A stretch of DNA of 64,000 nt from Eledone cirrhosa (taxonomy: Eukaryota). Positions 13,406 to 24,314 of the stretch are shown here, one piece after another (the stretch's first letter is position 1; each line of letters opens with the position of its first letter). A model generated the notes under the pieces. That model searched no databases. It was not told the origin of the DNA and was given only the letters and a program-made list of their open reading frames with translations. Where the stretch lies: positions 28,334,001 to 28,398,000 of the forward strand of contig OZ024746.1 of NCBI GenBank assembly GCA_964016885.1, in the 5' to 3' direction. Position numbers and translations under genes: made by a program.

Positions 13406-13527
13406 TGTATGTATGTATGTATGTATGTATGTATGTATGTATGTATGTATGTATGTATGTATGTATGTATGTATGTATGTATGTATGTATGTATGTATGT
13501 ATGTATGTATGCTTGCTTGTATCTGTA

Positions 13528-13731
13528 TACGAAGTTAGGCTGAAAAGGTTTTAAGCTGACCGTGATAATTTCAATGACCAAATTAGGTTTATTTTTCAAC
13601 AAAGTCCCTGGAAAGGAACAATGCATTTATTAATAAAAAAAAAGAGAGTTTAAATCAATGCATACAAGATTTCAGAGCTCTAGCATCACTCCTTCATAGT
13701 CAGCTTGTGATCGTTTCAGCCGACCCTCGTG
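13528..13731. mobile_element. Mariner/Tc1-like MITE (~200 bp), degenerate
   Basis: Imperfect terminal inverted repeats. Left: TACGAAGTTAGGCTGAAAAGGTTTTAAGCTGAC. Right (reverse complement): CACGAGGGTCGGCTGAAACGATCACAAGCTGAC. A TACGAGGG-type terminus is typical of mariner elements. Confidence 0.55.
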
Positions 13732-14349
13732 CGTAAGTATGTATGTATGTATGTAGGCATGCATGTATGTATGCATGTATGTGTATGTATAAGTATGTGC
13801 ATATATGTATGTATGCATGCTTGCATGTATGTATATATGTATATTTATCCGTACGTATGTATATATATGTATATATATGTATATATATATGTATATATTG
13901 GTGTGCATGTATGAAATATCATATGATGAACTGCGAAAGATATATAATTGTTTCTACTTGGTTGACGTGGAAAAACACTGCTCGTCACGTTTAACCCAAG
14001 ACAGAAATCAAAATATCTCAATATTGAAATGAAATATTTTTACATTAAACAAACTATCGCATGACTGCTTCCAACGGAAGACCCCGGAAAATTGTATTCT
14101 TCATTGTTGTTTACTTTCAGCTTCTATATCTCTCTCAATGTATTCCTGTATTCCTTTATGTTTGCATCCAGCGGTTAACCGTATTTCTATAGGTTTATAC
14201 GTTAGCATTGGAGTGGTGGCGAACAAATGGCGAACAAATGGCGAATGCAGGAATATAAACACAATATACGCATTATATATATATATTCATCTGAAAATTC
14301 TTTTAGAAATCGACATGAATTTACAGAAGTAGTATCATACAACTGACTG

Positions 14350-14680
14350 CATTCCATACACCAGATGTACATTTGTCTGTAATCCTTACACCTGATGTAC
14401 ATTTCTCTGTATTCCATACACCCGATGTACTTTTATCTATATTCCATGCACCATATGTACATGTATGTATATTCCATACACCAGACGTACTTTTCCCGGT
14501 ATTCCTTACACCAGAAGTACTTTTGTAGGTATTCCATACACCAGATGTACTTTTTTCAGTATTCCACACACCAGATGTACATTCATGTCTATTCCATAAC
14601 CAGATGTACTTTTATCTGTATTCCATCGACCGGATGTACGTTTATCTGTATTCGATACACCAGATGTACTTTTATCTATG
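14350..14680. repeat. 30-bp minisatellite, ~11 copies
   Basis: Unit ~ATTCCATACACCAGATGTACTTTTATCTGT repeated in exact 30-bp register. Confidence 0.9.
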
Positions 14681-14925
14681 CTTTTACAGAATCATTTAAA
14701 CGGATTGACAACATGGCCAAAGTTTTCTATTCTTTAATCAAACATCAACGCCGAGATTTAATCAACTCCACCACCAACTCATCTCATCTGATCCTATTAA
14801 TTTCGCTTTTCTTCGGTGTCGGACGTGATTTGTTTTATATTCACTTATCACAAAACACCCACATATCTAGGCTATTTCATCTCCTCACACACCTCCTCAC
14901 ACACCTCAATTAAACCCACCAACCT

Positions 14926-15027
14926 CACCTCCTCCTGCTCTCCACCTCCTCCTGCTCTCCACCTCCTCCTGCTCTCCACCTCCTCCTGCTCTCCACCTCC
15001 TCCTGCTCTCCACCTCCTACTGCTCAC
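14926..15027. repeat. 17-bp minisatellite, ~6 copies
   Basis: CACCTCCTCCTGCTCTC in tandem. Confidence 0.9.
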
Positions 15028-15138
15028 CCCGACTCTTTCTTCTGCTCTTCTTTACAACTTATTAAATCTGTAACCATCAACAGTTAATGAACCAGTCACG
15101 CGTTCACTATATGTGTGTCTTTCTGTCTGTCCGCTCGT

Positions 15139-15210
<72 letters not shown>

Positions 15211-15930
15211 ACACAAGCACACAAATAGTACAAGGTCAAAAATGCAGAAAAATAAAAACAAACACGGAGAACAAAATACAAAAGTATTATTCAGTTCATG
15301 ATTGTATGAAAGGAAAAAGTACGTGTATTATATATATATATATATAAGTTAAAATAATGAAATAAAAAATCAAGTCATTAGAAATATACTTCACTGCTTT
15401 ACGATCGTTTCTAGGTGATAATAATACATCGTAACTATACTTCGTTATCGATCTATGTAAGGTTAGTTACAAAATATCAGATAAGGAAAATATTTATTTA
15501 CATGCATATCACTAGCTGTTGTCAAAAGCAATAATAATTTTAATCAAAATTACTAGTAAATTAGTAGTAAGTTTAGTTCTATGACCTTATTTGGAGGTAG
15601 CTGAAGAACAAACCAATCAGATTGTTTTTTTTCATATAATGTTAAGATGAAAAATAATTCACTTTAATTGAGGTCATGACCCTTTGAAAAGAATAGTTGA
15701 ATGGTGTTAATAATAGAATTGTTATAAAAAGATCTATTAGGAAGAAGGGGATTGTCAAATTGATAGTTGAATGTATATGGTATATCGAAGTTTAAAAGGA
15801 ATGTAAAAATGAAATGTTGAGTTGTGTTGTATGGAGTTTTTAGGTGAATATAAATTAAAGTCATGACTAGGAAAGATAGTATATTAAAAGATGACAATTA
15901 TAATAAGATAATTAAATACAATAATACAAT

Positions 15931-16121
15931 AATTGTTTCTACTTTAGGCACAAGGCCAGCAACATACCCAGTGCATTACTGGTACTTTATTTTATCGACC
16001 CCGTAAGGATGAAAGGCAAAGTCAACCTCGGCGGGATTTGAACTCAGATCGTAAAGGGACGTAACTATGCTGGAAAGCATGGCGTCCGACCCTCTACCGA
16101 TACTGCCAATCTACCGCCCTT
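15931..16121 (-). mobile_element. tRNA-derived SINE family 1 (Nin-domain-like), full copy
   Basis: Minus strand has an A-box-like TGGCAGTATCGG, B-box GAGTTCAAATCC, core GCCTTTCATCCTTACGGGGTCGATAAAATAAAGTACCAG and 3' end CCTTGTGCCTAAAGTAGAAACAATT. Near-TSD TACAATAATAYAAT on both sides. Confidence 0.85.
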
Positions 16122-16622
16122 ACAATAATATAATATAATGTATCCACCGCCCTTACAATAATATAATATAATGTAACACAATATAGTATGATGTGGTAAA
16201 TTGTACTTAGTATAATACAGCGTATGATACACCTTAAAATACTTTCAAGTATGTCTATGTATAAATAATCAGACTCAGATTAATGCATGTTGACATAGTC
16301 AAAATGCATAAATTTCATAGATCACACAGTGCATATACCCACAATATTGATAGAGGTATAGTTATATTGATACTCAATTAAAAATATATATACGCATAAA
16401 TAGATGCGAACATATACATACATCTACACATGTGCACATAATCATATAGACATATATTTATATATATATATATATATATATTTACATATACACACCTATA
16501 CACACATATTTATATATGTATGTACACACACATACATGTACACACACACACATAAACACTCATACACATATACACGCATATACACACATACACATACATA
16601 CATATATATATATATACACATT

Positions 16623-16716
<94 letters not shown>

Positions 16717-17052
16717 AATAATGATGGCTGCGCGTTGCAAATGGTGGTGCATATGAAAAAGTAAGTCCTTCATCAGTGACCCTCCAACCGTCCCAGGCAT
16801 TTCATCGCTTTAAGGGCCATATGCCTCAGGTTGGTGCGAACAACGGCTAAAAAAAGTCGTTGGGACACGTAAATAAAGGGGACGTTAGGGTAACAAACAA
16901 AATGGTTTAAGCAACGGAAAGTGAGAAGAAATAGACAAGTCCCAGATCTCTATGAATATAAACTCGGTGAAATCGTGAACAAGAGACAAAAGACCATCAA
17001 ACCTGGTTGAAATGTGAGCAAGGAAGGAATTTCGCACAGGTCTAACGGGGGA

Positions 17053-17127
17053 GAAGAAGAAGAAGAAGAAGAAGAAGAAGAAGAAGAAGAAGAAGAAGAA
17101 GAAGAAGAAGAAGAAGAAGAAGAAGAA
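17053..17127. repeat. (GAA)n microsatellite
   Basis: Pure GAA tract; source of the poly-E/S/F ORF artefacts. Confidence 0.95.
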
Positions 17128-17299
17128 GGGGTCTGGTCTACGAATTCGGTAAACATAAGTTTTGTGAAGTCGCAGACGAAGGAGAGAGAGAGAAAAAAAT
17201 TCCATACCAGCTTGACCAAGACCGCGCGAGAAAAGAATTATATATATATATACACACACATATATATACATATATACATATATATACATACACACACAT

Positions 17300-17354
<55 letters not shown>

Positions 17355-17639
17355 AGGTTATGAAATACTGTTAGCTTCTCGCTACAACAATTTCTATATT
17401 TTTCATTTATATATATATATTCACATATCATACATACATAAATACATATTTACTCATGCAATTACGGGTGGTTGTGTACTTTGTTGCCCTTAGTCATTAA
17501 GGCATAAATCTAAGGAATCTAAAAAATTAAAAGGTAAGAAATAAGCATGAATGTGTATAATTAGGGGAAAGGGGTACTAACAAATGTTACGCTATATAGA
17601 ATTATAGTGAGTTGCTATTTATAATATTTAATTAGGTTT

Positions 17640-18012
17640 ATAGCATTTAAATGTTTTTCGTATACGGTGATTACAAACTATAATCAGTTCCTGTTTTGTA
17701 TTCAATAAATCGTCCTTAGATTTATTAATTTCCAAGATCTCCCCTGAACATAACCTGCATTCTCTCCTGTTCCCAAGATATGGAGTTGTTTGTAGAATGG
17801 TGTTTCACGATAGCTTGAAATCTATTTTTATCTTTTTATAGTCATTTACTGCTTCAGCTAAAGATGTGATGTTAGCTAGTTTAGTAAAGTGTGCGTAAAA
17901 TCAGCTAAAGATGTGATGTTAGCTAGTATAGTAAAGTGTGCGTAAAATCTTTTCTTAAATGTGTTTGATGTAGATCCTATATATGTTTTGTTGGAGTCAG
18001 TAGTAGACTGTA
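17640..18012 (-). pseudogene. Penelope-like element GIY-YIG endonuclease relic
   Basis: Minus strand reads KTYIGSTSNTFKKRFYAH...NITSLAEAV...FKLS*NTILQTTPYLGNRRECRLCSGEILEI...LLNTKQELIIVCNH. This matches the PLE endonuclease pattern YIG...FKxR..H...CxLCxxE...LLNxxxEL..C.H. Disrupted by a stop and a 47-bp tandem duplication (17854/17901). Confidence 0.75.
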
Positions 18013-18274
18013 TACATATACATATGTGTGCGCGCGCGCGCGTGTCTGTGTATACAACGCCAAATTCCATCATGAAATATTGATGAACCCCGAAAACCAT
18101 AGATGAAAATACTTCACTTAAGTGTCGTGCTGCGGGAATGAACACAAAATTATATGTAGTGAAATGAAATTCATACCCATTCATCCAAGCCTACGCAATT
18201 CATCTGCATAATTCTTAACCATATCCCATCTGTATTTGTTGTCTTTTTATTCTAACTGAATATATTATCCATGT

Positions 18275-18590
18275 AAAGAACCCATTCAGTCACGAATGAT
18301 AATGGGATTTAGGTCTAGAAAGTTTCCCTTCTAAGACACAAGTCTGGCTAAAGTGTTTTGCATACCAATCTCCCCTCTCCACGTCACAGATGTTGTCCAA
18401 GAGAAAGGCGAAGACCGACACAGCTTGGCACTATTGACGTCGCATCTCATTTCTACAGCTGAGTGAACTGGAGCAACGTAAAATAAAGAGCTATGCCCAA
18501 GGATACAACATATCGCTCGGTCCGGGAAATCGAACTCACAACCTCTCGATTGTGAATCCAACGCTCTAACCGCTGAGCTGCGCGCCTTCA
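18275..18590 (-). mobile_element. tRNA-derived SINE family 2
   Basis: Head GGCGCGCAGCTCAGCGGTTAGAGCG...GAGTTCGATTTCCC (A/B boxes) followed by TCCTTGGGCA...TTGCTCCAGTTCACTCAGCTG. A decayed copy of its 3' part lies at ~38930-39070. Confidence 0.7.
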
Positions 18591-18679
18591 CTTTATTATC
18601 TATATAATATTGAAATAATTCGCATTCCCCACTCCAAACATCTAAAATATTTGAACTTGCTGTTTGTAGTAGCATCGCC

Positions 18680-19010
18680 GAATGGTTAAAAAGATCCCGG
18701 TTTAATCACAACCAGACCGACATTGATCTGAAGCTCGTCGGATAGACCCTACTTCTAATTCAAGGGACAGCCCTGTCAGACATTATGTCACCTTGAATCT
18801 TTCCTCTGAAATATGTAAAGGGTATGTGCGTCTATAGAATATTCAGCCACTTAAACTATGATATGGACTGAGTCTGTGATTGAAGCGGCAAGCTTTGTCA
18901 CACACTCTCTAACGCTGAACCTATCGGGAAATTAGATACACGTCAATTTTTCAAGCAGGTTATTCCGTTGATCAGACAACTGTAAAACTCTTAGTCGGAA
19001 CCAACTGAGA
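18680..19010 (+). mobile_element. Old dispersed repeat (3' module shared with SINE family 3)
   Basis: TAATTCAAGGGACAGCC...GTCACCTTGAATCT...AAAGGGTATGTGCGTCTATAGAATATTCAGCCACTT is similar to 40770-40870 and to the reverse complement of 59660-59750. Confidence 0.55.
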
Positions 19011-19393
19011 TCCGTTCCATTCTATGCCACTCATAGCTTGCTGATATGGAATTATTTTTTATGGACAGATGTCTATTCTAGTTCGGAACAAATTCCCTTC
19101 TGTCAATTTTGCTATAGCAATTAAACGGTATTATTAAAATTCTTAAGACTATAAATGTAAATATATTTAAGTATTACAATACAGCCTAATTAATGATATT
19201 TAATGAAATAAAAACTGTATTAGCTGATTTTCTGATCTGTTGAGATGAAAAGAAATAAATGTGCAGTTACTGAGTGTAATTTGATAAATGAAGTTATTGT
19301 AAGATTTCTTAAATACATTTTTGGTAAAATATTTGAAATTGAAACCTGTATATAGGTTAGATATAATAATAATAATGATAATAATAATTTTTT

Positions 19394-19566
19394 TTTTCTA
19401 TTTTAGGCACAAGGCCAGCAATTACCCAGTACATTACTGGTACTTTATTTTATCGACCCCGTAAGGATGAAAGGCAAAGTTAACCTCGGCGGGATTTGAA
19501 CTCACAATGCAAGGGCCGTAACTCAATGCGTCAAAGCTCTACCGATACTGCCAATCCACCGCCCTT
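19394..19566 (-). mobile_element. SINE family 1 copy (short-head variant)
   Basis: Same core and 3' end as 15931-16121, with a shorter segment between the A and B boxes. Flanked by (TAA)n-rich tracts on both sides. Confidence 0.85.
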
Positions 19567-19567
19567 C

Positions 19568-19596
<29 letters not shown>

Positions 19597-19599
<3 letters not shown>

Positions 19600-19741
19600 T
19601 GTTTCTACTTTAGGCACAAGGCCAGCAATTACACAGTGCATTACTGGTACTTTATTTTATCGACCCCGTAAGGATGAAAGGCAAAGTTAACCCCGGCGGG
19701 ATTTGAACTCAGAATGGCAAGGGCCGTAACTCTACGCGTCA
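19597..19741 (-). mobile_element. SINE family 1 copy, 5'-truncated
   Basis: Tandem to the previous copy and separated from it by (TAA)n. Confidence 0.85.
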
Positions 19742-19851
19742 ATGGTTTCTTATATTATATTATATTAAATAATAGTGATAGTGATTTTAATGATAATAAT
19801 TTCTATAAAACCATGACGCATGGACATAAACACAACTCTCCTTTAGCTCTC

Positions 19852-20135
<284 letters not shown>

Positions 20136-20499
20136 GTGTGTATATATATATATATATGGGTACAGGGGCGGTAGAACTGGGGGTCCCAATAATTATATTT
20201 TTCTCCCCAACCTACTAAAACACATCTATTTGTATATGCACTACAATTTATGTGCATATGGGAGAGATAGATATAAATAGAGAGGGGGGCATTGGAAAAG
20301 ATTTCCGTGTAGTAGATATACAGGGGGCGGGAGAGTTTAGTGGGAATTGCTATAAAGAGGTGTATTAGAAGAGAGTTCCGTGAAGTAAATATAGAGAGGG
20401 AGAGAGTTTGGTGTTAATTGATATAGAGAGGGGATTGGAAGAGAATGTTATCTAGTAGATATAGAGACGGAAAAGTTTGTTAGAAGAGAACAGTACACT

Positions 20500-21900
20500 C
20501 ATCCCTGACCTTAACAGGCTTACAGCAAACCACACAACACAAGACGTCCCCAGGACCAACTATTCTCTACGATAAAAACCCCAACAAAAACTACTCGAAC
20601 TTCTGCAATTCCATCAGAGACAAAAGCGAGAATCGAACGATTAAAGAGAGGCAAGGCATCAGGCAAAGACAAAACAGCTGGTATACACCAGGATTGTGGA
20701 GAACCCATTGTCATGATTGTCAACAACCTCTTCAACATGTGTTAAGAAGAAGGCCCTGTTGTTAAGAGCAAGAAGAATACAGTAATAATCACAAGGAAAG
20801 TGATAAATCAGACTTCAGAAACTACCAACAATTGACTATAGGTCTTCTTACGTCCTATTCAGGGGTATGCCCGCTACATTAGAACCAATCAAACGAATAG
20901 GCGGCATTTAGGTCAGGATTATCAACAATAAACCGCGTGCAGGGGGTTAGTCAACTAAACTAGAAGGCAATTTAATACAACGCCCCTCTTTGCCTTCCTC
21001 GACTATAAAAAGGCATTTGACTCAATTGAGTTCACCCCACTATTCACAGCATTAGAGAACCAAGGGGTGAACTCTGCTTGCTTACATCACACTACTAAAA
21101 GATCTTTACAATGGCGCTACATCGACTCTCAGATTACATCAAGACGACGACAAGATCAAGTTAGAAAGAGGGGCAAGACAGAGAGACAATAATTACACGA
21201 GAATGTTTACATCTTGTTTACAAGACACCATCATCAACAAAGTCAACTGGGAGGACAATGGTTTCAACATGTGGTGAACTCCTCTGTCGCATAGACTTTG
21301 CAGGTGTCATCATGCTAATAGCCCATACACAACAAGATTTGGAGGAGATGCTCAATGTTAACAAAACTCTAAGCCAACCAGTAGGACTTAACATCCATAT
21401 TGGGAAAACCAAGGTCATGTTTAACAATCACGACCATTTATATTGTAGATGGAAAGACCATCGAGGAAGTAGACGGTTATGAGTACTTCAGAGAGAAGAT
21501 TGAAATAGATGGTGCCTTACTTCCGGAGGGCAAAAGAATGATTGTGCTTGGCTGGTAAACTTTTGGAAATGTATATAGCATCGTTAGAAGTCCCAAGTCA
21601 ACAAACGTAATGAATATGTTTAATGAAGACATATGGAAGACATATGGAAGTGAGACGTAGACACACGGCATAACCACTGCAGAAACTCTTCCAGTGGTTC
21701 ATCGTAGAATAGAGCGAATCTTGCTCGGTATCACCTTATATGACAACAAGAGAAACACCAGAATTTGACATGTAGTAAAGGAGATAATCTAGACCACCAG
21801 GAAGGACAGTCTCTCGTCTCAGAGACAACAGGTGGGCTATTCGAGCGACAGGGTGGACACCAAGGCATTGGAGAAGAACCTGGGCCTGGCCAAAGATTCT
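20500..21900 (+). pseudogene. Heavily decayed RTE-clade (BovB-like) reverse transcriptase
   Basis: Fragments across frames: GKASGKD, LFNMC, AAFRSGLST, FLDYKKAFDSIE, LYNGATSTLRLH..IKLERGARQRD, IDFAGVIMLIA (decayed FADD), VGLNIHIGKTKVM, YGSET*. Many stops and frameshifts. Confidence 0.85.
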
Positions 21901-22021
21901 TTAATCTAACAGGAATGAGATGGTCCTGGATTTGCATTTGTATTTTTATACACACACACACACACGCGCACGCACACACGCACGCGCACGCACACACACA
22001 CACACAGATACACACACGCCA

Positions 22022-22052
<31 letters not shown>

Positions 22053-22164
22053 AATGCGTACATAGGTGTAAAGGGGCATCTACTTTTCTATCTAGTGATA
22101 TAAATCATGTATCCTGTATTTGTATCTGTATTTTTATACACACACTCACGCCAACACACACACA

Positions 22165-22215
<51 letters not shown>

Positions 22216-22243
22216 ACACACACACACACACACACACACGCCA

Positions 22244-22282
<39 letters not shown>

Positions 22283-22380
22283 GAGGTGTGTGTGTGTACA
22301 TAGGTGTATAGAGGCATCTACTTTTATATCATAGTGATATAACCATACACCCATTTGTGTGTGAGTGTGTGTGTGTGTGC

Positions 22381-22438
<58 letters not shown>

Positions 22439-22440
22439 TA

Positions 22441-22577
<137 letters not shown>

Positions 22578-22777
22578 TGTAAAGATATGTTGTCTGGGTT
22601 AAACATTGAGCCAATAACATCAGATGTAATAATCTAGGAAGGTGTTTAACACATCTTCAACACTCGTTAGATCTTTAGGTATGCTTTGTAAGCAGAACTG
22701 TGCCTCAGTAGAATGTGTGTGTTGTGTGTTTCTTGTGTATTGCTACTATACACTTCACACACACATTATAATATATA

Positions 22778-22917
<140 letters not shown>

Positions 22918-22930
22918 GTATATATGTATA

Positions 22931-23000
<70 letters not shown>

Positions 23001-23014
23001 CATATATATATATT

Positions 23015-23046
<32 letters not shown>

Positions 23047-23149
23047 CATTCATACATACGTCGATCTTTACATCTTAAGCAGAACTGTTCCTCAACAGAC
23101 CATGTGTCTGTTGTATTGTTACAATACACCTTCTCCCTCACACATACAC

Positions 23150-23237
<88 letters not shown>

Positions 23238-23423
23238 TGTGGTTGTTGGTATCTTTGATGATTGATGTCGTGATAACAGGTAATAGATCTAACTCTAGTG
23301 ATGGTGATGAAGTTGATGATGATGACAGAAGAATGTGCAGAGGTGGTGATATAGAATGAAGGGCTGGTGGTGTAGGCAAGAGGGACGTTGAACAAGGAAT
23401 GTATATATATATATATATATGCA

Positions 23424-23555
<132 letters not shown>

Positions 23556-24314
23556 TGTGTGTGTGTGTGTGTGTGTGAGAGAGAAAGTGTGTTTCTATTT
23601 CTACTTGTCTGATAATTCTCTTTATCTTCAATCTCATCATGGATGTTCTATAGCCAACGGCGCTACACAAAACCACCGCCATCAACACTATCATCATTGT
23701 CACCACCATCATCATTTACAACATCACAGCTATTGGCATCATGACCATCATAATCGTCACCACCATCAACTCTACCACCACCACCACCACCACCTCCAGC
23801 ACCATCACCATCATCACCCACTACGACAACTAGTATCAACCTCATCACAACCGGCACCACCACCATCACCACCATCGCCACCATCACCACCATTACTAGC
23901 ACCATCGCCACCATCACCACCACCATCATCACCACCACAGCAGCAAGGCAAGAACAATTTTAAATGAGAAACAAGGAAATGGAGTCCGGTAATGAAATCG
24001 ACACACATACACACACACATACATAGTGTTACACACACAACACACGCACACACACACACAGACACAGACACACACATACATTGAGTGACACACACATAGA
24101 GAAATAGACACACAGTTACATAAAGTTACATACACATACACTGTGTGAGTGTATATACAGTAACACACATGCAGTAACACATACAATGAAACACATACAG
24201 CCACACAGATTGTCATATTCCGAGGTACATACACTAAAAACTGTCACACGCACATAGTCTCACCCACAATGTCACACAAACACACACACATTCACATACT
24301 GTCGCACACAGTTA

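Noticed and set aside
14321-14913. Repetitive ORFs (WNT.K.TSGV; YSIHQMY)
   Set aside because: By-products of the 30-bp minisatellite; no gene context.
18510-18590. tRNA gene
   Set aside because: A and B boxes are present, but the cloverleaf pairs poorly and runs into a SINE body; it is a SINE head.
23660-23950. His/Pro-rich or Gly-rich protein exon
   Set aside because: Degenerate (CAC/CAT)n low-complexity tract like those at 670-830 and 44650-44970; no splice or domain evidence.
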